Positions 50,882-64,000 of a stretch of DNA of 64,000 nucleotides are shown in pieces; the stretch's first letter is position 1, and the number at the start of each line of letters is the position of its first letter. Under the pieces are notes generated by a model. The model was not told the origin of the DNA. It ran no database searches and saw only the letters and a program-made list of their open reading frames with translations. A program made the translations under genes and the position numbers. The stretch comes from Nemertoderma westbladi (taxonomy: Eukaryota; Animalia; Xenacoelomorpha): positions 93,172 through 157,171 of the forward strand of contig JAUCBJ010004537.1 of assembly GCA_032718475.1 (NCBI GenBank), read 5' to 3'.

Positions 50882-53613
50882 CTTAACCTTGATTAATGTT
50901 AATTAACATTTGAGGGCGGTAACGGTTGTTGTAAAGAAAACAATAAATAAACGGAAACGAAAGTCAATAGAAAAGGTTACAGTAACAGCCTATATTCAAC
51001 TCAAAACAACAAACGAGATTCAATATTGGAGGTTACAGTTTTATTTTGTGTTCGTAAAAACGGTTGTTTACACCCGATACGAAGCTGACCGCTGAAAGAG
51101 AAAATAATAAAAAGCTGTGAAAAGGTCAATCGGAAAGAAGAAATGTGTTTTATGCGCTGGTCGATATGCACAGCACATTATGGGTGGGTATGCGCGTATG
51201 GAATGTATGCATGTGGGGCGAACCACGCAGTAAAGGCGAGCGTTATCGCACAATTATAATTAGTAGATAGGGCAAAATTTCATATCCGTCTGTAAAGAAA
51301 ATTCATTCGTAAGTAACTTTTGAAGATTTTAACCATTTTTAACCATTAACCATTGTATGGTCATACTAGAGAAAAAGTTCCAATATTTTTGAAAGTTACG
51401 GGCAAATACCTCTCGAACTTTTGACTCCAGATCAAATCGAACTTATTTCGAACTTGCTAAAGTTCGCGTGCTGCTCGACGCCCCACGAACGTGTAAATTG
51501 TATCATGTAATTGAAATGAAATGAAATTAGCACCTGTATAAAACGAATGTGGGGGGGTGGGGAGGGAGGTTTACTTGGGTTATAATTAACAAACGGAATT
51601 AAACATACGTTTTGTTGGGAATTTGTCAGTTTCAGACACAAATTGAACAAATTGAAGTTGCAATTCCCCGGATGGAATATGGGACCATCAATTGTGAATC
51701 ACCAACCATCTAATTAGCACTTCAACACCAAACGTTCTTCCTAAAATTCTACTTACTGCCATTGCCAAGGAAAACAACATTATTACGCGGTATATCTCTG
51801 ATGTAAGTAACACCCAGTGTTACTTATTATTACATTATATCAATAAACGGGGGGGGGGGGGGGGGGGCATTTAGGTTAGTCTACACATAACCAAGGCCCC
51901 TTTAGTGCATGGTGCAAATGTTAACTTAGTTATTCTACATTTTAACGTCAAAATGTCATTTAAAGAAATTCAAGTGGACTTTGCAGTTAAAAGTGACAAT
52001 ATTCCATGAAAAAGGTAACATACATCATGCGCCCCTTTATCATTCAAGTTACAACTTATTAAAAATATCTACGTGTTTTGACTAAGAGGTTTCCCTTTCT
52101 ATCACAGGATAAAAGTCACAAATAATTACCAATTCGCTTTATATATAATAATTCATTTTGCATAACTTTGAAGAACAAACAATTAGGTTACATACAAACT
52201 CATCTCATCTGTCAGTCAGCGTTAATAAGTACACAATTACGTCAATAAAATACTGTAGGACACGTTGTTGTAAATGAAGAAACATTTCTTTTGGCCATCT
52301 GGTTCTTCTATGAGATAAAACACTAAGAGGTTCCCCAAAAGATTGGCCAATCAGAATTCTTCATTCCTTGTAGCCCAGCCAGTAGCAATTACAGCACAGT
52401 TATTCTCACCACAAATACAAATGGGTTATGATAATCCTTCAAAGGCAGTATAGTAAAATCGTTCAGTGTATTTCACAATCGTTTAATTTTAGCTTACATA
52501 ATAATAATAAGGTTAATTATTTTATAGTATATAATTAAATAAATTAGTTTAGTTTGTTTGTACTTTGTAGTTTCGCTTTCATTAATTCAAACAAGGTGTT
52601 TATTGAGGTAGTGCTGAGTATGCACAAATATTGCAGCACGCACATGCAGCACAGCACCCTGCATGAGTAACGCGTCACCCTTACCACCAGCAACTACTAT
52701 TTTTCTGGGTTACAGTTCTTTATATCATACAGCCATGGACTCTTTCGACCCGTTGACCCTGACTTACACACATACAAATAGACTGGCATTTATTGACTAG
52801 CCCCCATTTCTGTTCAAACCAGAAGTCCCCCAAGGTTGAGAGCAGGCTGATAGTCCCTACAATAACAAAGACCGCCTAGCCTAGCTAAAAGGAGCGGGAT
52901 TGCTGGGTAGAACTGGGTTTTAGGCACCACTATAATTATATAGCACGGTATTGCTTATATGCGTGGTGTATCTAACGTTACGTGTGTACCCCTACCCCAC
53001 CTATACTAACACTGTATAAGTATTCAAATAATTTCCACTGATTTATAACTTTTTGGGGCGAGCCATCTTACCGGGATACCGTCATCAGTTCAATCTCCCA
53101 CCGCTAGGGGAGCTAAGCATGTAAAAATTCAATTTTATTCCTTTTGATTTCCTTCCATATTATCCCCTAATATTAATACTTTACCGGTACTGTACTTGTC
53201 CAAAAGCGTGTCTACCCGAAATCTGTTCTATATGCCGCCGATAGAGGGCGCGAAGTGTAATTTAAAATGCTTGAAGCGAATGAACGTGTCGTAATTAAGT
53301 TTGTGGCGGATAAGAAGGAAACAAGGGTAACTTCATTTTATGTTTATAAGGCAAACCTTCGATTTTAAAATCCATTTACAGGCAGCCCCATATAAATATA
53401 TACTAAGTACCGCGATACACACAAACTTCTAATTAGTGCACAGCACACCATATGAGGCTACAGGACACCATATGATGCTCATAATACTGTGAAACAACTA
53501 TACTACACGAACGCAGATCCTTAGAGCAGCTTTATGAATGTCAATTACTTTGGGGGGGGGGGGGGGGGGGGCGTACATAAAGTATCATGCCACACAATGT
53601 TCCCTATTTTCCT

Positions 53614-53830
53614 TGTGGGGCGAGCCACGAAGTGAGTGAGCCTTAGCGTAGTGGTACCATTAATCAACCTGTCGTTCTGTCGTTCTGTCGTTCTGTCGTG
53701 TTCAATTTTAAACGTTAATAACTCGGCCAATCTTTGATGAAATCTATCCAAACTTGGTACACATGTTGTTTGGCAAAAGTTTAGAAATTTTCCAAGTAGA
53801 ATTTCCGTGTGGCCTTCGAGAAGCTAAGAT
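53614..53830 (-). mobile_element. Reverse-oriented fragment of the same Helentron-like family
   Basis: tgtggggcgagccacgaagt...gagccttagcg, (ctgtcgtt)n microsatellite, aaacttggtacacat motif. Confidence 0.5.
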
Positions 53831-55899
53831 AATAGCAGTTAATTAGTTAATTAAGTTGATTGCGGTGAAAACGCCATTTTCAACCTGCCTTTTAAAGGAA
53901 ATTAATTGTTTTACAGTATAAGATTTAAATAATTATACTTAAAAATTATACAGATATAATCCCCATACGCCATTCTATTATAGTTTTTAATTAGTTTAAG
54001 TGATTTGCTTTAATAAATGTGTCTTTAATTGATCTAAACGTAATTAAACCGCACAATTATTGAGTACAAATTTAATCCTTCCCATTATTGGTCAAGTCTC
54101 TGCTGGTGTGGAGCTAGCTGCTGGGAGTTGTGGCTGTAGACTAACCTGAGAGGAATTGTAATAGAGGCAACCAGTATTGCTATTCCAGCCCAATCACTGA
54201 ATTGTGTTTATTATAGGCTGGACGGGCCGCATAACCGTTCGACTATTACTACTATTGCTATCTCAGTTAAATGACAGATATAATAACATAAATACAATCC
54301 ATGGCATGGCTGTTGTAGGCTTCTGAAATAGTTTATTCCACAATGTATATGTCTGGTTATTTTTTAATTGAATTTTTGCAAAGTAGTAAAATTAATGTTC
54401 TTAAAAATAATATTATTATTTTATATGTAACCTAGGAAATTAGCTACATTTTTTCGCTGCAGCTTTAAGAGTGTACATTGATTTAATATTATTTCAATAC
54501 CCATATTACTACATCGGCATAAGATGCGTTGGCGTTGTATCACACATCTCCACATATCACACATCTCCACATAGATGTATCAACAGTTACTCGCACAGTT
54601 TCGAAACTTCGCATAGTTATAACTGTATAAAGATCGTCAGTCTGCGTTTAGGAAAAATATTTTATGACAAAACAGGACAAGCGACGAGCGCAACGATGCA
54701 TATAATGAAGACGAGTACTGCGTTGACTAAATTATTATATAAACCACCTGGCTTCACATATTGATCGCATCCCTAGTTATTATTATTATAAAGATCGTCC
54801 TAGCCTGCGTTTAAGAAATATATTTAAATACAAAACAGGACGAACGCAAAGAGGCTTATAATGAAAACGAGTACTGCGTTTATTATATTCCTATAAACCA
54901 CCTGGCTTTGCATATTTAACGTGCGATTGGAAATAAGTTCGTGCTACCCTTCCGTGGGTGGTAGATGTCGCGGTTATGTATTGGTGGTTGGGAAGGGTGG
55001 GGGGGGGGGGGGGAGATTAAAAGGGGTGAACACGTACTGTCCACCTTTCTTTGATTGATTGGTGGTGTGGGTAAATTTCTCAAAACCTGATTTTGTGATA
55101 CAGTCGCTGCATTTTAATTTGTATATAATAACTAGGCCTCGTGCTGCGCGAAGTCCCCACGAACGTGTAATTTGTTTATTCATCCTTTACGCAAATAAAA
55201 GATGCGCATCACGACCAATCGAACAGGTAGGTAACAGATCTAACGTTTTGTTGAATTAGAAGACCTCTGTACAGTACATAGCTGCTAACAATTAATAAAT
55301 AACTGTTGGTGTTGCTACCTATTTATTACCTATTTAACTAATTTTATCACTAAAAATTCTGTCCGTCCTGGGCCTCACACAGAAAATTCGAATTCAGAAA
55401 TATAATACATATTTTTATTTATATTATTAAACATTTAATCAATCGCCTACAGATTAATTTTACAGAGCCGGCGTTTTGTCTCCGAGCCGGTGGTGTCCCC
55501 AAAACAAACTCCTTAACAGAGAAAATCGCCGGCCCATGTGAAGAATACCAGACTTTCTGCCGTTATATTTCACTTTGCAGTTACCTCCATGTGAAGAATA
55601 CCAGGTTTTCACCAAAAACACTGGTTACAGAAGGTCTGAATCTAACCAAAACAATAAACGAATTAGTATATGTACAGGTTATATATAAGACAGAAATAAG
55701 CGCTATAAAACACTTAATAAAGATAAATTAAAAAACAAATAAAATTCTTCATAAAATTCCAATAAAAGTCGACCGAAAAGTGAAATCCTGATATTCTACA
55801 CATGGGCGAAATCGCCATTAAAAAATTTCGATATTGAAATTTCGCAACACATTTAAGCAAGATAAATTGGAATGATGATGTCGTCGGACCCAGAAACAT

Positions 55900-56070
55900 T
55901 TCGCACCTAGATCTCGCGGTCAGCTCTATATACTTTACCAGTTTATCCCTATTCTCAAGTCCAGTATCCTTGAGTAGGCGTTTGAGTAAATTCATCGGCT
56001 GTCCACCACGTCTATTCTCCTCACCAACAGGCTGCAACAGCACGTTGTGTACAGGTTGATCCTGAAGCGA
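55900..56070 (-). mobile_element. Degenerate 3' fragment of an RTE LINE related to the 6303..7599 element
   Basis: QDQPVHNVLLQPVGEENRRGGQPMNLLKRLLKDTGL vs EDQPVHNLVLWQPHGVNKHGGQPMTLLRRILKDTGL. Confidence 0.7.
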
Positions 56071-57916
56071 AACATTTCCCGGCAAGCTTCTGGCGGCGCC
56101 TCCACACGATGATGCTGGTTATGTAGATGATCATCAATTGGAATAAGATTATTTTACAGTAATAAGTACAATTATAATTATAATAATGATAATGAATAAT
56201 TAATTAGTTCCGGTTATAGAAGGGGCAGTGCGACGGAGTACAGCATGGTAACAACGTTCAGTGTATCTTCAGCATCAGTACCGCAGTTATAGTCCGTTGA
56301 TATAGTTGTGGAATTCAACAACATTGAAGAATACTACTTACTCAATACATTCATTTAGATAAAGTTTGGTGCTCATCCATTACTGCCAAGTGTCCTCATC
56401 TCTGGGGCTATTGCAGCATGCCAGTGTTCAGTATTTACAGGACTGTAGCTCATAAATATAGTGAATAATGAGCAACCTTTTTCTGAACCTTGACTGGCTG
56501 CTGAGAGTTCTAAATGATGAAAAATTACCCCCTAGGAAACAAAACTGTTAGGGTACCAGGGTAATATTGCATAGTAACCAGTATAAATAATATTACGTAG
56601 GAACCAGTACAATATTCAGATATTACATGTAGGAATGTAATAATGGATGAGGATATAAAAAGAACACAATAGAATCTTGTTTAACGATATATTTATTTAT
56701 TATGTAACCCATTAATCTTGTAAAGGGAGGAAATAGTGCCAGCTAATCTGCTAACCATATGTGAAGATGTAAAGAGGAATGTCTCCAAAATAGTAAGTTT
56801 GTTTGTGTTGGAATGAAATAGGTAGGTTGTATGGAACTGACAGATATTATTGTTGTTAGAATCTGGATCTGTCATACTTACTGTAAATAAATCACAATGG
56901 GGGGTGGGGCTACCTCACACTCGCGACTCGCATCATACAAGATCATACATGATCGTGAAGATATACTATGATCGATCTGACATAGGCTGTTGTTGTCATG
57001 TTCTAGGATTTCTATTGTGACTTTGAATCTGTATGTTGTTCGACCAGCGACGTTTTTGGTGACTCGTCATTCATTTACAGTTGTGTACGTAAAATTAAAA
57101 TAAATTATAATAATATTAGAGCCAGAGCCTATAATACATATTGAGCTAAAAAGCAAATAAATAATAGCATTAAAAATTAATCACGACCATGACCTCCCCA
57201 GTAGGTCACAGTGTAGCAGAATTAAGTTATTATACACACAAGGAGTTTTAATTACATTATTAGTTTTCAGCACTTATCTCATATTGGATCAGCTACCAGG
57301 CCCACAAAGAAACAGTTAATGGATTAAATTTTCGATCCATTTAATAAATTAATAATCGGAATTCCGATCGCTGGATGGCTTCCGCAGAGCGACGTATAAA
57401 CTTTAAACTTTTGCTTGAGGCTGTAAAGATTGTCGCTTTTTTAATTTATAGTAGGGCTGGGTCCCTGGGAAGTTCCAGTTCAGAAGGGGGGGGGGGGGGG
57501 GGGGGCCTTTCAACGCAATCAAAATTTATCCTTCTACAGGATTGAGTTTAGTTTATTGTTTTATCAGAATAACGTCACATTGAGACGTTATATTAATTCG
57601 TCCCAACGATAGTAATCATAACCATACAGCTATGGATTGGATACATTGTGTAATTTGAAAACCGTTTTAAACCGTTTCAACAGCACTCACAGTATCACAA
57701 TACTATCATACATACTAAAGGTGCCAGATAACATGTCATGAAAAAGTTGGTGTAAAATCATAAAGTCTAAAATAATATTTGTTTGTAGTCACAATTAACT
57801 GACTGGGAATCGAAAAGGAAAATGAATCGAAACAACCGTTAATACAAATTAAACAATTGGGAAATTAGCACCATTGAATCCAGCGCATCGAGAGCTTTCT
57901 GGTGATATATATAATA

Positions 57917-59093
57917 TTACACGAAGTGGGGCCTTCGCGCAGCACGTGACTTAAATTTAATTTAAGTACTAATTCGAAAGTATTACTGTATTAGCAAATT
58001 TTAAGCAGATTTCGCCTAATCACTTTTTACCTCTTTCATTTCTATTCAGACATTTCTGACTCTAGCGGTATAGTGAGAACTGAAGATGGATTAGGGTCTC
58101 CAGCCCCACAAAGACACAGCCTATGGATGAATAGTACATACGTACATCGGCCAAGTTTCATCTTGAATAACGGATAACGAAATGAGAGACGGATCTCACT
58201 TTCAGAAATTTCGTCGTATAGCGGCAGACCGATTAAATCTCCCCCCCCCCCCCCCCCCCCCCCCACAAAGACGCAGCATGTGGTCCAGAATATATGGCAA
58301 GATTCAGCTTAAACTGATTAAAATCAATGAGACGGGAGAATCTATTCACTTTCAGGCATAAAGTAGTCCTATAGCGGGTGACTGTTGAACTGATTTTCAA
58401 CAAAACAAATTTTCAACTTGGCAGCTTTAAATTCGACAAAGTTATAAGCATGTCAATATCATAACGACGACAACGATTTCACTTTCAGACATTTGGCCCT
58501 CTAGCGGCAGACTGGAGAACTGCAGATGGATTCGCCTCCTTTGAAAGTCACAGCTAATGGTCTAATACATATCTGCCAAGTTTCAGCTTAAACGGATTAA
58601 AAGCAAAGAAATGGGAGGGCATTTAATGTTTAGACATGTGGCCCTCTAGCGGGAGACCATTGCACTGATGGTGTCTGAAAGTCTCTCAAAAATCTCAACT
58701 TTAGCTCATATTGATACCTACAAATTTTCAACTTGGCAGCTTTAAATCCGACAAAGTTATTAGCATGTCAAAATCGTAACGACGACAACGATTTCACTTT
58801 CAGACCTTTGGCCCTCTAGCGGCAGACTGGAGAACTGCAGATGGATTCGCCTCCTTTGAAAGTCACAGCTAATGGTCTAATACATATCTGCCAAGTTTCA
58901 GCTTAAACGGATTAAAAGCAAAGAAATGGGAGGGCATTTAATGTTTAGACATGTGGCCCTCTAGCGGGAGACCATTGCACTGATGGTGTCTGAAAGTCTC
59001 TCAAAAATCTCAACTTTTGCTCATATTGATACCTACAAATTTTCAACTTGGCAGCTTTAAATCCGACAAAGTTATTAGCATGTCAAAATCGTA

Positions 59094-59124
<31 letters not shown>

Positions 59125-59203
59125 CAACTATTTGCATAAATTGACCCACCCCCTAACAGTGTCAATTCGCTAAGGCTCCGCCAACTTCGTGGCTCGCCCC
59201 ACA
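57917..59203 (+). mobile_element. Second Helentron/HINE-like copy with internal ~315-bp tandem duplication
   Basis: Same 5' and 3' ends as 49607..50881; aaattttcaacttggcagctttaaa recurs at ~58407, ~58722 and ~59037. Confidence 0.7.
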
Positions 59204-59677
59204 TATGGGCAACTTTTTTTACAAGAAAAATACTTTTGTTTGGCTACTTTTTATAAAAAACTGCCAAAGATACTGTTGGTCAAATGTTCCATTCAGTAAA
59301 AACTCGGTCACAGATTCAATCTTCGATGATTAAACTCTATTTTGGACGTCATAAATTCCATAATATTTACATTTTGTAATGGGGGTGTTGAAAGTTGATT
59401 GCCTCTATTATTTCTTTACTGTAAATCTTATCTTCAAAACAAATAACATAAATTATGACACCGTTCAAAAAATAAATGACTAATCTGTTAAACAAATGAT
59501 CTTACACAAACAGAAAAGGCGATAAATATGGTATAAAATATATGAAGGGAATTTATTTCCAAAACGTCATAGTTCAACAGTCATCCTGATAAATACGTGA
59601 TTGTCGTGTTGGCTTATCTAAGATTAGTTTAATGGTTTAATATCTCCAATAAATAAATATAAATCAATAATATCAAT

Positions 59678-62600
59678 CTGTAACTGTACCAACGTGGATG
59701 TAACTGTACCAACGTGGCTGTAACTGTACCAACGTGCTTGTAATTGTACCAACATGGCTGTATGTATTAACTCTACCAACGTGGCTGTAACTGTACCATC
59801 GTGGATGTAACTGTACCATCGTGGCTGTAACTGTACCAACGTGGCTGTATGTAACTTACCAACGTGGCTGTAACTGTACCAACATGGATGTAACGGTACC
59901 AACGTGGCTGGAACTGTACCAACGTGCTTGTAACTGTACCAACGTGGCTGTAAATGTACCAACGTGGATGTAACTGTAACTGTACCAACGTGGATGTAAC
60001 TGTAACTGTACCAACGTGGCTGTAACTGTACCATCGTGGATGTAACTGTACCATCGTGGATGTAACTGTACCATCGTGGATGTAACTGTACCAACGTGGA
60101 TCTAACTGTACCAACGTGGATGTAACTGTACCAACGTGACTGTAACTGTACCAACGTGGCTGTAACTGTACCATCGTTGATATAACTGTACCAAGGTGGC
60201 TGTAACTGTAACTGTACCAACGTGGCTGTAACTGTACCAACGTGTATGTAACTGTAACTGTACCAACGTGGATGTAACTGTACCATCGTGGATGTAACTG
60301 TACCAAGGTGGCCGTAACTGTACCAACATGGCTGTATGTAACTGTACCAACGTGGCTGTAACTGTACCATCGTGGATATAACTGTACTAAGGTGGCTGTA
60401 ACTGTACCAACGTGGCTGTAACTGTACCAACCTGGATGTAACTGTAACTGTACCAACGTGAATGTAACTGTACCATCGTGGCTGTAACTGTACCAAGCTG
60501 GCTGTAACTGTACCAACGTGGCTGTTACTGTACCAATGTGGCTGTTAGTGTTCCAACGTGGATGTAACTGTTACACAAACTAATATAATATTAAGACGCA
60601 TATAAAATCATCATCCTAATCACCCTACCAATGTGGATGTAACTGTACCAACGTGGCTGTAACTGTACCAACGTGGATGTAACTGTACCAACGTGGATGT
60701 AACTGTACCAACGTGGATGTAACTGTACCAAGGTGGCTGTAACTGTACCAACGTGGCTGTTACTGTACCAATGTGGCTGTTAGTGTTCCAACGTGGATGT
60801 AACTGTTACACAAACTAATATAATATTAAGACGCATATAAAATCATCATCCTAATCACCCTACCAATGTGGATGTAACTGTACCAACGTGGCTGTAACTG
60901 TACCAACGTGGATGTAACTGTACCAACGTGGATGTAACTGTACCAACGTGGATGTAACTGTACCAAGGTGGCTGTAACTGTACCAACGTGGATGTAACTG
61001 TACCAACGTGGATGTAACTGTACCAATGTGGATGTAACTGTACCAACGTGGCTGTAACTGTACCAACGTGGATGTAACTGTACCAACGTGGATGTAACTG
61101 TACCAACGTGGATGTAACTGTACCAAGGTGGCTGTAACTGTACCAACGTGGCTGTAACTGTACCAACGTGGATGTAACTGTACCAACGTGGATGTAACTG
61201 TACCAAGGTGGCTGTAACTGTACCAACGTGGCTGTTACTGTACCAATGTGGCTGTTAGTGTTCCAACGTGGATGTAACTGTTACAAAAACTAATATAATA
61301 TTAAGACGCATATAAAATCATCATCCTAATCACCCTACCAATGTGGATGTAACTGTACCAACGTGGCTGTAACTGTACCAACGTGGATGTAACTGTACCA
61401 ACGTAGCTGTAACTGTACCAACGTGGCTGAACTGTACCAACGTGGATGTAAATGTACCAACGTGGCTGTAACTGTACCAACGTGGATGTAACTGTACCAA
61501 CGTGGCTGTATAACTGTACCAACGTGGCTGTAACTGTACCAACGTGGATGTAACTGTACCAACGTGGCTGTTACTGTACCAATGTGGCTGTTAGTGTTCC
61601 AACGTGGATGTAACTGTTACACAAACTAATATAATATTAAGACGCATATAAAATCATCATCCTAATCACCCTACCAATGTGGATGTAACTGTACCAACGT
61701 GGCTGTAACTGTACCAACGTGGATGTAACTGTACCAACGTAGCTGTAACTGTACCAACGTGGCTGAACTGTACCAACGTGGATGTAAATGTACCAACGTG
61801 GCTGTAACTGTACCAACGTGGATGTAACTGTACCAACGTGGCTGTATAACTGTACCAACGTGGCTGTAACTGTACCAACGTGGATGTAACTGTACCAACG
61901 TGGCTGTATAACTGTACCAACGTGGCTGTAACTGTACCAACGTGGATGTAACTGTACAAACGTGGATGTAACTGTACCAACGTAACTGTAACTGTACCAA
62001 AGTGGCTGTAACAGTACCAACGTGGCTGTAACTGTACCAACGTGGATGTAACTATACCAACGTGGCTGTAAATGTACCAACGTGGCTGTAACTTTACCAA
62101 CGTGGATGTAACTGTACCAACGTGGATGTAACTGTACCAATGTGACTGCAACTGTACCAACGTGGCTGTAACTGTACCAACGTGGATGTAACTGTACCAA
62201 CGTGGCTGTAACTGTACCAACATGGCTGTATGTAACTGTACCAACCCAACGTGGATGTAAGTACCAACGTGACTGTAACTGTACCAAGGTGGCTGTAACT
62301 GTACCAACGTGGCTGTTACTGTACCAATGTGGCTGTTAGTGTTCCAACGTGGATGTAACTGTTACACAAACTAATATAATATTAAGACGCATATAAAATC
62401 ATCATCCTAATCACCCTACCAATGTGGATGTAACTGTACCAACGTGGCTGTAACTGTACCAACGTGGATGTAACTGTACCAACGTAGCTGTAACTGTACC
62501 AACGTGGCTGAACTGTACCAACGTGGATGTAAATGTACCAACGTGGCTGTAACTGTACCAACGTGGATGTAACTGTACCAACGTGGCTGTATAACTGTAC

Positions 62601-63825
62601 CAACGTGGCTGTAACTGTACCAACGTGGATGTAACTGTACCAACGTGGCTGTATAACTGTACCAACGTGGCTGTAACTGTACCAACGTGGATGTAACTGT
62701 ACAAACGTGGATGTAACTGTACCAACGTAACTGTAACTGTACCAAAGTGGCTGTAACAGTACCAACGTGGCTGTAACTGTACCAACGTGGATGTAACTAT
62801 ACCAACGTGGCTGTAAATGTACCAACGTGGCTGTAACTTTACCAACGTGGATGTAACTGTACCAACGTGGATGTAACTGTACCAATGTGACTGCAACTGT
62901 ACCAACGTGGCTGTAACTGTACCAACGTGGATGTAACTGTACCAACGTAGCTGTAACTGTACCAACATGGCTGTATGTAACTGTACCAACCCAACGTGGA
63001 TGTAAGTACCAACGTGACTGTAACTGTACCAACGTGGCTGTAACAGTACCATCGTGGATGTAACTGTACCATCGTGGATGTAACTGTACCATCGTGGATG
63101 TAACTGTACCAACGTGGATGTAACTGTACCAACGTGGATGTAACTGTACCAACGTGACTGTAACTGTACCAACGTGGCTGTAACTGTACCAATGTGGATG
63201 TAACTGTACCAACGTGGCTGTAACTGTACCAACATGGCTGTATGTAACTGTACCAACGTGGCTGTAACTGTACCATCGTTGATATAACTGTACCAAGGTG
63301 GCTGTAACTGTAACTGTACCAACGTGGCTTTAACTGTACCAACGTGGATGTAACTGTAACTGTACCAACGTGGATGTAACTGTACCATCGTGGATGTAAC
63401 TGTACCAAGGTGGCTGTAACTGTACCAACATGGCTGTATGTAACTGTACCAACGTGGCTGTAACTGTAACTGTACCATCGTGGATATAACTGTACCAAGG
63501 TGGCTGTAACTGTAACTGTACCAACGTGGCTGTAACTGTACCAACCTGGATGTAACTGTAACTGTACCAACGTGGATGTAACTGTACCATCGTGGATGTA
63601 ACTGTACCAAGGTGGCTGTAACTGTACCAAAGTGGCTGTTACTGTACCAATGTGGATGTAACTGTACCATCGTGGATGTAACTGTACCAAGGTGGCTGTA
63701 ACTGTACCAAAGTGGCTGTTACTGTACCAATGTGGCTGTTAGTGTTCCAACGTGGATGTAACTGTTACACACACTAATATAATATTAAGACGCATATAAA
63801 ATCATCATCCTAATCACCCTACCAG
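59678..63825. repeat. 20-bp satellite with higher-order structure and six captured flank blocks
   Basis: Units GTAACTGTACCAACGTGG(A/C)T; non-satellite block ttacacaaactaatataatattaagacgcatataaaatcatcatcctaatcaccc at ~60571, 60806, 61281, 61617, 62362 and 63764. Confidence 0.95.
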
Positions 63826-64000
63826 CTATAAATGCTATTTATTAAGTTTTTACATTGACTCCAAACAAAGCCCTGTATTTGGGGGTAATGGGAAGAATAT
63901 TCTATAAACATATGTCCATCTGAATGAATATCATGTTTATATTGATTTTCTGATATTAAATATGGCAGTTTACTGAGACCAGCAGGTATGAAACACGGGA

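Noticed and set aside
59678-63825. CRISPR-like appearance (conserved block separated by variable segments) and many long ORFs
   Set aside because: The intervening segments are 20-bp satellite of 0.2-1.4 kb rather than unique spacers; there are no cas genes and the context is eukaryotic; the ORFs cycle through the same stop-free repeat in all three minus frames
63960-64000. Possible importin exon end at the window edge
   Set aside because: Minus-strand translations do not resemble the expected ARM sequence and the stretch is too short to judge

Overview
AT-rich eukaryotic (invertebrate animal-like) genomic DNA with spliceosomal introns and many transposon relics; there is no prokaryotic system and no CRISPR array. 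Host genes: intronless RNASEK (-), single-exon SOWAH-family ankyrin gene (+), a 7-exon ~330-aa gene of unknown function missed by the ORF track (+), a 3-exon BTB/POZ (KCTD-type) gene (+), and the last four exons of an importin-alpha (KPNA2-type) gene (-) whose upstream exons were not found in the window. Mobile elements include a CRE/R2-like non-LTR 3' end, RTE-clade LINE fragments with TSDs, an ISL2EU-like deletion derivative carrying a YqaJ exonuclease exon, Zator-, hAT-, Academ- and Harbinger-like TIR elements, and Helentron-like repeats. There are three large tandem arrays. The most striking is ~91 copies of a 43-bp unit made from the importin-alpha exon/intron junction (33 coding nt + GTAAGTAAAG). 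It gives ~90 tandem consensus splice donors, and its variants fall largely at third-codon positions. All calls come from manual reading and translation; no database searches were run.
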